Assembly (NCBI GenBank): GCA_963815115.1
Contig: CAWFFN010000007.1
Location: 672,001 to 736,000, forward strand
Reading direction: 5' to 3'
Source: an uncultured delta proteobacterium
GTDB taxonomy: Bacteria; Desulfobacterota; Binatia; DP-6
DNA: 64,000 nt
Shown: in pieces, positions 48,895 to 58,009 of the stretch
How positions within the stretch are numbered: position 1 is the stretch's first letter
Layout of the letters: each line of letters opens with the position of its first letter
The notes under the pieces: model-generated
The model's database searches: none
The model's input: only the letters and a program-made list of their open reading frames with translations
What the model was told of the DNA's origin: nothing
Made by a program: the position numbers and the translations under genes

Positions 48895-50064
48895 ATGTCG
48901 GCGCACCCCGCTCCGTCCGAGCAGTCCGCGCTCACCGATCAGCTCGTCGAGACCGTGCGGCGCTTCGTCGAGCGCGAGGTGATGCCCGTCGCGAGCAAGC
49001 TCGAGCACGCCAACGAGTATCCGCACGCCCTGGTCGAGCGCATGAAGGAGCTCGGTCTCTTCGGCGCCACCATCGCTCCCGAGTGGGGCGGCCTCGGACT
49101 CGACTTCTCGACCTATGCCCGCATCGTCGAAGAGGTCTGCCGCGGCTGGATGAGCCTCTCCGGGGTGCTCAACACCCACCTCATGTTCGCCTACGTGCTG
49201 CAGCGCTTCGGCACCCCGGCCCAGCAGGAGCGCTGGCTCCCGGCCATGGCGCGCGGCGAGCACCGGGCGGCGCTCTGCCTCACCGAGCCGCACGCCGGCA
49301 GCGACACGCAGCAGATCAGGACCACCGCGCGGCGCGACGGCGATGACTACGTGGTGAACGGCTCCAAGATGTTCATCACCAACGCGCGCACCGCGACCAT
49401 CTACTCGCTGCTCACCAAGACCGATCCCAGGGCCGACCCGCCCCACAAGGGGATGACCCTGTTCGCCGCCGAGCGCGGTCCCGGCCTCACCGTCGGCCGC
49501 GACATCGAGAAGATCGGCTACAAGGGCATCGAGACCTGCGAGGTCAGCTTCGAGGACTACCGCGTGCCCGCCGGCAACCTGATCGGCGGCGAGGAGGGTC
49601 GCGGGCTCCAGCAGGTGCTCTCCGGCCTGGAGGTCGGCCGCATCAACATCGCCGCGCGCGCGGTGGGCGTCGCGCAGGCGGCGTTCGAGTCCGCGATCCG
49701 CTACGCCCAGCAGCGCTCGACGTTCGGCAAGCCGATCTGCGAGCACCAGGCGATCCAGCTGAAGCTCGCCGACATGGCGACCAAGATCGAGGCGGCCCGG
49801 CTGCTCGTGCGCCAGGCAGCGGCCAAGAAGGACCGCGGCGAGCGCTGCGACCTCGAGGCCGGCATGGCGAAGCTGTTCGCGTCCGAGACCTGCCAGGAGG
49901 TCTCGCTCGAGGCGATGCGCATGCTCGGCGGATACGGCTACACGAAGGAGTTCCCCGTCGAGCGCTACTACCGCGACGCCCCGCTGATGATCATCGGCGA
50001 GGGCACGAACGAGATCCAGCGGCTGGTGATCGCCCGGGGGCTGGTGCAGCGCTACAAGATCTGA
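48895..50064 (+). CDS. Acyl-CoA dehydrogenase
   Basis: LTEPHAGSD, NGSKMFITN, GGYGY..ERYYRDA..IGEGTNEIQR. Confidence 0.96.
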   Translation: MSAHPAPSEQSALTDQLVETVRRFVEREVMPVASKLEHANEYPHALVERMKELGLFGATIAPEWGGLGLDFSTYARIVEEVCRGWMSLSGVLNTHLMFAYVLQRFGTPAQQERWLPAMARGEHRAALCLTEPHAGSDTQQIRTTARRDGDDYVVNGSKMFITNARTATIYSLLTKTDPRADPPHKGMTLFAAERGPGLTVGRDIEKIGYKGIETCEVSFEDYRVPAGNLIGGEEGRGLQQVLSGLEVGRINIAARAVGVAQAAFESAIRYAQQRSTFGKPICEHQAIQLKLADMATKIEAARLLVRQAAAKKDRGERCDLEAGMAKLFASETCQEVSLEAMRMLGGYGYTKEFPVERYYRDAPLMIIGEGTNEIQRLVIARGLVQRYKI

Positions 50065-50111
50065 ATCCGAGCAGTTCACACGACCGCGGCGCGCGACACA
50101 GGGGGGAAGCG

Positions 50112-51062
50112 GTGAGGATGATTGCGGGCGCGTTGCTCGCGGCTGCGGCCGCGTGCGCCGCCCCGGGTGCGCACGCTGCGGAGCCGGAGGCCGCGGTCCA
50201 GCCGCTGCACCTGCCGGAGCGCCCGCGGGTCATCGTCTTCGCACCCCACCCGGACGACGAGACCATCGCGGCCGGAGGCCTGATCCACCAGCTCACGCAC
50301 GCCCGGGCCGACGTGCACGTGGTCTTCATCACCAACGGCGACGGCTATCCCGATGCCGTCCGCAAGGAGCTCCGCATTCCGAGCCCCACGGGGGCCGACT
50401 ACGTCGCCTTCGGGCGGCGGCGGCAGCACGAGGCGCTGGAGGCCACCCACCGCCTCGGAGTGCATCGCAGCGCCGTCCATTTCCTCGGCTTCCCCGACGG
50501 CGGCCTCGACCAGCTCTGGCAGGCGCACTGGTCGCGCGCCAGCCCCTACATCTCGCCCTACACGGACGAGGACAGCCCGCCCTACTCGGACGCGTTCGAC
50601 CCCGATCTCGACTACGACGGCCAGGATCTCACGGCCGCCATCATGCGCCTGCTGCGCGACGTGCGACCGACCGTGATCATCATGCCGCATCCCGAGGACG
50701 TGCATCACGACCACGCGGCGACCGCGTACTTCGTCACGGAGGCGGCCGACCGCCTCCGCACCCACAACGTCATCCCGCACGACGTCGAGATCCTGGCGTA
50801 TCTGGTCCACGATCCGCTCTGGCCGCCGACCAGGGCGGAGACGCCGACGCTGCCGCCGCCGGCGGCGAACCGGTTCACCGACACCCGCTGGTTCGAGCTG
50901 CCCCTCACGACCGAGCAGCAGGGAGTGAAGGCCGCGGCGCTGCGCGCGTACACGAGCCAGCTCGACATCATGCCCGACCTGCTGATGCGCTTCCTGCGCC
51001 CGAACGAGCTCTTCGGGCAGGTCGAGCCGGCCGTCCTGGCGCGGATCGCGTCGCGGCACTGA
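50112..51062 (+). CDS. PIG-L/LmbE family deacetylase with signal peptide
   Basis: APHPDDE, ITNGD, FLGFPDG, DVHHDH, YTSQ. Confidence 0.92.
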   Translation: MRMIAGALLAAAAACAAPGAHAAEPEAAVQPLHLPERPRVIVFAPHPDDETIAAGGLIHQLTHARADVHVVFITNGDGYPDAVRKELRIPSPTGADYVAFGRRRQHEALEATHRLGVHRSAVHFLGFPDGGLDQLWQAHWSRASPYISPYTDEDSPPYSDAFDPDLDYDGQDLTAAIMRLLRDVRPTVIIMPHPEDVHHDHAATAYFVTEAADRLRTHNVIPHDVEILAYLVHDPLWPPTRAETPTLPPPAANRFTDTRWFELPLTTEQQGVKAAALRAYTSQLDIMPDLLMRFLRPNELFGQVEPAVLARIASRH

Positions 51063-51066
51063 GGCC

Positions 51067-51936
51067 ATGATCTCGGTCGTCGTCCCGAGCTTCAACGCCG
51101 GACCCTGGATCGCCGCCAGCCTGGACAGCATCCTCGGCCAGACCCTGCCGCCCGGCGAGGTGGTGGTGGTCGACGACGGCTCGACCGACGACACCCCCCG
51201 CATCCTGGCGGCTTACGGCGATCGCATCCGCATGGTGCGCGCGGCCCATGGCGGCCTCGCGGCGGCACGCAACCTCGGCCTCGCGGTCGCCACCGGCGAC
51301 TGGATCGCCTTCCAGGACGCGGACGACGTCGCGCGGCCCGACCGCCTCGCCCTCCTGCAGGAATATCTGGACGGGACTCCCGCGAGCGACGGCGTGTTCG
51401 CCGATGGCGCACGCCTCGACGATGGCGAGCACCTCGTCCCCCGCGCGCGCGCGGCCGGCATCGCCGGGCGGCACCTGACCGCCGCCGATCTCTTCGCCGG
51501 GTTTCCCGCCTACTACCAGTCGGCGCTGGTCGCGCGCGACGCGCTCGCCGCCGCCGGACCGTTCGACCCGAGCTACCGCATCCACCCCGACCACGATCAC
51601 GCCTTCCGGCTCTTCGCCCGGGCGCGGGTCGGCTACCTCGATCGTGTCGTCTTCGGCTACCGCCGTCACGGCGACAGCATCACGGCCGATCACCTCGGCG
51701 CGCGCCGCGAGCTGGTGCACACGCTCGAGCGCCTGCTGCGCGAAGACACCGCCGCCGTCGAGACCATCGGCCGGCGCCGGCTGGAGGGCGCCCTCGCCCG
51801 CCACCACGCCCGCATCGGCCGCACGTTGCTACGGCGGGGCGAGCCCGACGGCGCCCGCGAGGCCCTGGATCGGGCGCTGTGCCTTCGCCCGCTCCACCCG
51901 GGCCACCGCTGGCGGCGCTGGCGAGCCGGGCACTAG
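51067..51936 (+). CDS. Glycosyltransferase family 2
   Basis: ISVVVPSFN, VVDDGSTD, ARNLG, FQDADD. Confidence 0.92.
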   Translation: MISVVVPSFNAGPWIAASLDSILGQTLPPGEVVVVDDGSTDDTPRILAAYGDRIRMVRAAHGGLAAARNLGLAVATGDWIAFQDADDVARPDRLALLQEYLDGTPASDGVFADGARLDDGEHLVPRARAAGIAGRHLTAADLFAGFPAYYQSALVARDALAAAGPFDPSYRIHPDHDHAFRLFARARVGYLDRVVFGYRRHGDSITADHLGARRELVHTLERLLREDTAAVETIGRRRLEGALARHHARIGRTLLRRGEPDGAREALDRALCLRPLHPGHRWRRWRAGH

Positions 51937-52041
51937 AGAGCGACCCGAGACTCCGTCTCGGGTCGGGACGGAAGCCGAGCGTGGGGCTCGACGAGATGTG
52001 CCGAACGTCCTGCCGCGGGCGGCCCAGCCGCCGCGGCAAAC
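51933..52041 (+). repeat. Bipartite double-hairpin dispersed repeat, copy 2
   Basis: cgacccgagactccgtctcgggtcg identical to copy 1; second hairpin tgccgcgggcggc-cca-gccgccgcggcaaac. Confidence 0.8.
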
Positions 52042-52104
52042 ATGCCGGAGAACAGACCCTACGGGCTGCGCCAGGCGGGGTCAGCAGGACGCGGGGCGTG
52101 TCAA

Positions 52105-52204
52105 GTTTGCCGCGCCGGCTCTGCCGGCCGCGGCACGGCGTCCGCCGTCACCACCGGCCGCCCACACTAGGTCCCCTCTCGGCCCGAGACGAAGTCTCGG
52201 GTCG
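52105..52204 (-). repeat. Bipartite double-hairpin dispersed repeat, copy 3 (inverted)
   Basis: Minus strand cgacccgagac-ttc-gtctcgggcc..gcggacgccgtgccgcggccggc-aga-gccggcgcggcaaac. Confidence 0.8.
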
Positions 52205-52970
52205 ACGCCAGGAACTCGTCGAGCAGCCGATTGAAGGTCGCCGCGCGCTCGAAGTAGACCGAGTGGCCCGCCGCCGGAACCCGTGCCAGGCGCGCCCCGG
52301 GAATCCGGGACGCGAGCACGGCGACGGACCCCGGAGGGATGACCGCGTCCTCGTCGCCGACCACGCACAGGACCGGCATCGCGAGAGCGGCGAGCGCCGA
52401 CGGCGCAGCCGTGCGCAGGGCGATGAGCTGGCTCAGCAGGATCGCCCGGTCGAGGTCGCCGTTCAGAGCGCCGATGTGGTGGTAGAGGTAGCGCAGCGCC
52501 GGCTGCTCCCGCTCCATGCGGGAGCCGACCGCCGGATCGAGGCCGGCCGCGATCAGATCGGCCACCCGGTGGCCGACCAGGAGCGCGTCGATCTCGGGGT
52601 CGGCCAGCGAGCCGAAGGTCGACGCCATGACGAGCGCCCGGACCCGTGACGGCGCTTGCAGCGCGTAGCCGAGACAGGTCCAGCCGCCCATCGACTGTGC
52701 CACGAGGCACACCTCGCCGAGCCCGAGGTGGTCGATGAGGGCCGCCAGATCCTCGACGAAGGCCGCCGCTCCCGGGCCTGCGCGCTCGTCGCGCGACTGT
52801 CCGAAGCCCCGGTGCGAGAAGGTGACGCAGGTGTAGCACGGCGCGAAGTGGGGCACCTGCTGCCACCATGAGAGGTAGTTGCCTCCCATGCCGTGGGCGA
52901 AGACGAGCGCGGGGCCCGCGCCGGTCACCTCGTAGTGCAGGTCGCAGCCAGGTCGTCGGAGGAAGGGCAT
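52167..52970 (-). CDS. Alpha/beta hydrolase
   Basis: FAHGMGG, HRGFGQS, AQSMGG, AGHSVYFE. Confidence 0.9.
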   Translation of the reverse strand: MPFLRRPGCDLHYEVTGAGPALVFAHGMGGNYLSWWQQVPHFAPCYTCVTFSHRGFGQSRDERAGPGAAAFVEDLAALIDHLGLGEVCLVAQSMGGWTCLGYALQAPSRVRALVMASTFGSLADPEIDALLVGHRVADLIAAGLDPAVGSRMEREQPALRYLYHHIGALNGDLDRAILLSQLIALRTAAPSALAALAMPVLCVVGDEDAVIPPGSVAVLASRIPGARLARVPAAGHSVYFERAATFNRLLDEFLASTRDFVSGREGT

Positions 52971-53202
52971 GGCGCGCCATACCACGGCCGACTCCGGCGG
53001 TCGCGTCGATGTCGCAAAGCGCAAGTCGTCCGGGACGCCACCCAATTTTCCTGGGCATGCTGTGATGAAAGGAATACGATCCGCTCCGTCGTCGGCTCCG
53101 TCGACGGCATACGCGAGCGCTCCGGCAGATCGTGAGCACGCAAGCGGTCCCGCAGATCGAGCGGTGAGGTCACTCAACGTTCAACCGCTGGAGGGTATCG
53201 CG

Positions 53203-54465
53203 ATGCGTACGACGATCGTGAGGAGGATGGTGGCGCTCGGCGCCACCGGTCTGCTGTCCTCGGCGCTCTTGCCCGGGCAAGCGCGCGCCGTGGACACCTG
53301 CAACGGCTTCATCAACATCGACTACGTCGGCAATCCGCCGGTGACCAACATCGGCGAGACGGTCGATCTGAACGTCAGCTTCGGCACGGGCAGCATCACG
53401 GGCGGCACCAAGCTCACCATCAACAGCTTCCAGGCCGACCTCGACTGCAACTCCAACTTCCCCCTGACGCCGCCATGCACCGACGAGGGAGCGATCGTCG
53501 AGTACGAGGGAGACGGCTTCCTCTCGACCACCTGTCCCGTGACCTTCACCAGCAACGTCCCCGGCGGCGGCGCCGCGATGAACCAGGTCATCTTCACCGC
53601 CAGCCCGGACCTCGACATCCCCGCCATGGTCCCCACCCTGCCCGGCTTCTGCTCGGTCCGGTTCCGGGTGAAGGTGCTGGGATCGAGCATCGACAGTACG
53701 CCCGACAAGATCGAGCAGCTGGTCGGCTACAACATCGCCACGTGCGACAACGGCGTCCTCCTGTCGGGCGGATTCCAGACGTCCGCCATCAGCACGCCGC
53801 CACCGTTGCACTTCAACTGCTACGAGATCGCGCGCGGCAAGCTGGCGCCGGTCACCGGCGTCACGGTCGAGGACCGCTTCGGCTCCGCCACCGTCACGGT
53901 GACCGAGGCCAAGCGCCTGTGTGCGCCGACCGACAAGAACGGCGAGAGCCCGGGGGCCGACCAGGCGCCCGACCACATCGTCTCCTACGCCATCACCTCG
54001 ACGTCGGGCCCCAAGAAGACCAGGGCGAACGTCACGACCCAGTTCGGGACGCTCAGCGCCGACGTCGGGGCGCCCGTCTTCCTCTTCGTGCCGTCCTCCA
54101 AGAGCCTGACGCCGCAGCCGCTGCCGCCCCTGATGGGCTCTCTCGTGCCGCACTTCCAGTGCTACAAGCTGAGCAACGTGAGCGGCGAGAAGCCATCGGT
54201 CGCCGTGAGCCTCCTCGATCAGTTCGGCAGCCTGAACCCGAGCCTCGACAAGCGCGGGCCGTTCCGCCTGTGCGTGCCGGTGAACAAGAAGGGCGAGGAC
54301 CCGGCGGCGCCGGCGAGTCCCAACGTGCTCCTCTGCTACACGACGAGGAACGACCGGCTGCCGTTCGCCGACAAGACCGTCGTCGTCAACAACCAGTTCG
54401 GGCCCATGTCCGTGAAGCTCACGCAGTACGACGAGTTCTGCGTGCCGGGCACGATCGCGCCCTGA
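53203..54465 (+). CDS. Secreted protein with C-terminal Cys-linked repeats (HFxCY..DQFG..LCxP)
   Basis: GGAGG RBS, signal peptide ending ARA, four repeat units. Confidence 0.85.
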   Translation: MRTTIVRRMVALGATGLLSSALLPGQARAVDTCNGFINIDYVGNPPVTNIGETVDLNVSFGTGSITGGTKLTINSFQADLDCNSNFPLTPPCTDEGAIVEYEGDGFLSTTCPVTFTSNVPGGGAAMNQVIFTASPDLDIPAMVPTLPGFCSVRFRVKVLGSSIDSTPDKIEQLVGYNIATCDNGVLLSGGFQTSAISTPPPLHFNCYEIARGKLAPVTGVTVEDRFGSATVTVTEAKRLCAPTDKNGESPGADQAPDHIVSYAITSTSGPKKTRANVTTQFGTLSADVGAPVFLFVPSSKSLTPQPLPPLMGSLVPHFQCYKLSNVSGEKPSVAVSLLDQFGSLNPSLDKRGPFRLCVPVNKKGEDPAAPASPNVLLCYTTRNDRLPFADKTVVVNNQFGPMSVKLTQYDEFCVPGTIAP

Positions 54466-54502
54466 CCTGGCGGCGGGCGGCGGAGCCGGACTCCGCCGCC
54501 CG

Positions 54503-55663
54503 CTACAATCCGGCTGCCGCGAGGAGTGCTGCCAGCACCCGGTCCGCGGCGAAGTACTCCCGCGCCACGGCGGTTGCGTGGGCGCTCGCCCGGCCGTAGT
54601 CCGACTCGATCGCCCGGATCGCGGCCGCCGCCTCCTCCACGGTGCGGAAGGCATGCAGCCCGGGGCCGAGCGGCAGGACGTCGCCGAAGCCGGTGTCCTG
54701 CTCGACCACGGGGCGACCCGCGGCGAGGTAGCAGGCCGCGCGGTCGCTGAACCAGCCGCTGCGCAGGCGCACGTTCATGTCCTTGGCCACCGTGAACTCC
54801 CCGCGCGAGGCGCGCAGGTACTCCCGGTAGCGGAACGGGTCGGCCGAGACGGCGCGCGGGTCGGTGACCGCCCAGCCGTGCGCCGCGAGCACCGCCACGT
54901 CGCCGGGCACGCTCTCGACGTCCATCGCGACCTCGAACGCCTGGCCCGTACGCGCCGGCAGGTCGAGGCAGCGCAGCCACTCGGTACGCTTGCGCCAGCG
55001 GTAGGTCTCGCCCTGGTAGGTGAGGTCCCGCGTGCCTTCGTTCCAGCGCCCGACCGTGGTGTACGCCCGCCCCGGCCCGGCGGCGCCCGCCCAGTGCTCG
55101 ATCGCCACCGGCGCACGCGTCGCGTGCCAGGCGTAGCCCCCGGTCGGGATCGGTGACCGCGCCGTCCCGATGTTCTCGCCGACGGTGCAGTGGGTGTCGT
55201 GCTCGTCGAGGATGGCACGCAGGAGGACGTCGCCGGCGGCGGCCTTCACCTGCGTGAACGCCGGGTCGATGTCGACGAACACGGCTGGCCGGCCGCCGCG
55301 GCGCTCCGGCGGGATGCGGTTGATCCCCGCCACGTTCACCAGGAGATCGGCCTCGCGCAGCAGCGCCGCCGCGCGTCCCGCCCCGGGTCCGTGCTCCACG
55401 CCACGCTCGACATCGGCGAACACCCAGCGCTCGCCCAGACCGAGATGGCCGAGAAACGCGCCGGCCGCCCGGACGCCGTGGGCGTAGTCGGGCCCGAACG
55501 TGTTGGCGACGGGGTCGTACGCCAGGGCGTAGTGCCCGCTGTCCTCGTAGAACCACGCTTCGTGCCCGAGCGCGCGCAGCCCGGCGAGGTAGTGCGCCAC
55601 CTGCCAGGCGTAGCCGCCGAGCGGGTTGCGGATCAGGTATCCTGCGACGACGACGCGGGCCAC
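54503..55663 (-). CDS. GT-B fold glycosyltransferase-like protein, paralogue 3
   Basis: PLGGYAW..YL.GL..LG..FYED; SRGEFTVAK..RSGWFSDR..YLAAGRPVVEQDTGF. Confidence 0.85.
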   Translation of the reverse strand: MARVVVAGYLIRNPLGGYAWQVAHYLAGLRALGHEAWFYEDSGHYALAYDPVANTFGPDYAHGVRAAGAFLGHLGLGERWVFADVERGVEHGPGAGRAAALLREADLLVNVAGINRIPPERRGGRPAVFVDIDPAFTQVKAAAGDVLLRAILDEHDTHCTVGENIGTARSPIPTGGYAWHATRAPVAIEHWAGAAGPGRAYTTVGRWNEGTRDLTYQGETYRWRKRTEWLRCLDLPARTGQAFEVAMDVESVPGDVAVLAAHGWAVTDPRAVSADPFRYREYLRASRGEFTVAKDMNVRLRSGWFSDRAACYLAAGRPVVEQDTGFGDVLPLGPGLHAFRTVEEAAAAIRAIESDYGRASAHATAVAREYFAADRVLAALLAAAGL

Positions 55664-55664
55664 G

Positions 55665-56831
55665 TCACACCCTGGCGTCGGCGAGCAGGCGCGCGCACAC
55701 ATCCTCGGCGCGGAAGCACCGCTCGGCGACCTCGCGCGCGTGCACGCAGGCGCCGGCGTAGTCCGCCCGCACCGCCGCCAGCGCGGCCACCGCCTCCTCG
55801 CCGGTGGTGAACGCGTGCAATCCCGGCCCCGCCGGGAGGTGGGCGGAGAAGCCGGTGTCCTGGAGCACCGCCGGCCGCCCGCACGCCAGGTACATGGCGC
55901 TGCGCGTGCTGAACCAGCCGCTGCGCGTGGCGACGTAGGCGTTCTTCGCCACCGACAGCTCGCCGCGGGATCCCTGCAGGTAGCGCCGGTAGTCGTCCAG
56001 GGTCGCCGAGACGAGGCGCGCGTCGACGATCTCCCAGCCCGCGGCGGCGAGCCGCTCGCGGGGGGCCGCGCCGGAGATCGCCGCCTCGAGGCGCTCCGGC
56101 GTGCGGCGCGGCAGATCGAGGAAGCGCTCGAACTCGACGTCCTTGCCGCCGTAGATCTGTCCTCCGACGTCCGGGGGGGTCGGGTTGATGCTCCAGGAGA
56201 GCACGGTCGTGAAACGCTCCGCGGGTCCGGCAATGACCGGCCAGTTGGCCAGAACCACGGGCTGTCGGGTCGGGAGCCAGCTGAGTCCGGCGGTCGGCAC
56301 CAGGCAGTCCGGCTGGCCGACGTGCTCGCCGAGCGTGAAGAAGATGTCGTGCCGGCGGATCAGCGCGGCCGATTCGCGCACCGACTCGTCCGCCACGCCA
56401 CCATCGGCGGCGGTGAGCTTCGCCTGGCTGTAGCAGGGATCCGTGTCGACGTAGGCGGCGACCCGGGCCCGACGATAGGCGTCGCGCAGCCAGCACGAGC
56501 CGGAGACGTTCAGGAAGAGGTCCGCCCCGGCGCAGGCGGCGTGGACCGCGTCCTCGTCCATGCCGAGGAACCTGCCGTCGGGCGCGCGCACCGCCCAGCG
56601 CTGCCCGGCGCCGGGCATGAGCCGGGCAAGCGCTCCGGCAACGTACGCGGCGCCCGTACGCGGGTCGGGCGTGAACGTCGCGCCGGCGGGATCGTAGAAC
56701 CACTGGCCGGTGTCCTCGAGATAGAGGACGTCGCAGCCGAGCGCAGCGAAGCCCTGGACGTACTGCAGGTAGTCCCACGCCACCCCCCCGACGGGATAGG
56801 TCGCGGCCAGCCCGGTGACGACGACCCGCAC
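55665..56831 (-). CDS. GT-B fold glycosyltransferase-like protein, paralogue 2
   Basis: YPVGGVAWDYLQY; SRGELSVAKNAYV..SGWFSTRS.MYLACGRPAVLQDTGF. Confidence 0.85.
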   Translation of the reverse strand: MRVVVTGLAATYPVGGVAWDYLQYVQGFAALGCDVLYLEDTGQWFYDPAGATFTPDPRTGAAYVAGALARLMPGAGQRWAVRAPDGRFLGMDEDAVHAACAGADLFLNVSGSCWLRDAYRRARVAAYVDTDPCYSQAKLTAADGGVADESVRESAALIRRHDIFFTLGEHVGQPDCLVPTAGLSWLPTRQPVVLANWPVIAGPAERFTTVLSWSINPTPPDVGGQIYGGKDVEFERFLDLPRRTPERLEAAISGAAPRERLAAAGWEIVDARLVSATLDDYRRYLQGSRGELSVAKNAYVATRSGWFSTRSAMYLACGRPAVLQDTGFSAHLPAGPGLHAFTTGEEAVAALAAVRADYAGACVHAREVAERCFRAEDVCARLLADARV

Positions 56832-56839
56832 GGGTCCCG

Positions 56840-58009
56840 TCAGGCGAGGCCGGCGTCGGCGAGGAAGCGGCGCAGGACCGGGCCGGCGCCGAACGCCTCG
56901 GCCGCGATGCGACGCGCGGCCGCGCTGTGCGTCGCGTAGTCGGCGTTGATGCGAGCGAGGGCGTCGACCGCCTCGTCCATGGTGGAGAAGGCGAAGAGCC
57001 CCTCGCCGGTCGGGACGAACTTGTCGAACGCGGTGTCCTGCGTGACCACCGGCCTGCCGGCCGCGAGGTAGCAGACGCTGCGGTCGCTGAACCAGCCGCT
57101 CCGCGGCCGTACGTAGATGTCCTTGGCCACCGTGAACTCGCCGCGCGACTGCTGGATGAACGTCCGGTAGCCGTCGAGGTCGCGCGACGTCGGTCCGGGG
57201 TCGACGAGCTGCCAGCCGGCCGCGAGCACGCGCGCCTCGGTCTCGGCGCTCTCCGGCTTCATGGCCAGCCGGAAGGGCTGCGGCGTGTGGCGCGGCAGGT
57301 CCAGGAAGCGGAGGAAGTTGGTGTGCTTGGACCACTGATAGGTCTCGCCCTGCCAGGTGATGTCCTTCCCCTTGTTGGAGAACGAGGCCACGGTGGTGAA
57401 GAACTGCGCCGCAGCGCCCCCCTCGGGCTTCCAGCACTCCACCACCACGGGCGGTCTCGTCTTCTTCCAGTCGTAGCTCCCGAGCGGCACCGGACAGTCG
57501 GGGTTGCCGATGTTCTCGCCATAGGTGAAGAGCACGTCGTGGGCGGCGAGGAAGCCGAGCGACGATCGCTCGCCCAGCGCGATGCGGAGCTGCTCGTAGA
57601 CCGGATCGGTCTCGACGTAGATCAGGCGCGCGCCCTGCCGGTGCTCGTCGCGCGGCGCCGTCGCGCCGCACAGGTTCACGATCGCGGCCGCGTCGCCGTA
57701 GAGCTCGTCGAGCCGGGCCCGCGTGAGGCCGTGGGTCTCGTTCCGCATCATGTCGAGATAGACCCAGCGGTCGCCGAGCCCTACCCGCTGCATGACGGCG
57801 GACACGTACGACACCGCGTAGCCGCACTCGCCGGTCACGCCGCCGGCCCGCGGATCGTAGGGCGGCGCTCCCGAATCCTCGACGTAGAAGACGTCCCACC
57901 CGAGCGCCTTGAAGCCGAGGAGATAGTGCACCGCCTGCCACGCCACCCCGGCCATCGGATACTGCCCGACGATGCCGAGCACCAGGAGCACGTCACGACG
58001 AGGCGGCAC
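56840..58009 (-). CDS. GT-B fold glycosyltransferase-like protein, paralogue 1
   Basis: YPMAGVAWQAVHY; SRGEFTVAKDIYV..SGWFSDRSVCYLAAGRPVVTQDT. Confidence 0.85.
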   Translation of the reverse strand: MPPRRDVLLVLGIVGQYPMAGVAWQAVHYLLGFKALGWDVFYVEDSGAPPYDPRAGGVTGECGYAVSYVSAVMQRVGLGDRWVYLDMMRNETHGLTRARLDELYGDAAAIVNLCGATAPRDEHRQGARLIYVETDPVYEQLRIALGERSSLGFLAAHDVLFTYGENIGNPDCPVPLGSYDWKKTRPPVVVECWKPEGGAAAQFFTTVASFSNKGKDITWQGETYQWSKHTNFLRFLDLPRHTPQPFRLAMKPESAETEARVLAAGWQLVDPGPTSRDLDGYRTFIQQSRGEFTVAKDIYVRPRSGWFSDRSVCYLAAGRPVVTQDTAFDKFVPTGEGLFAFSTMDEAVDALARINADYATHSAAARRIAAEAFGAGPVLRRFLADAGLA

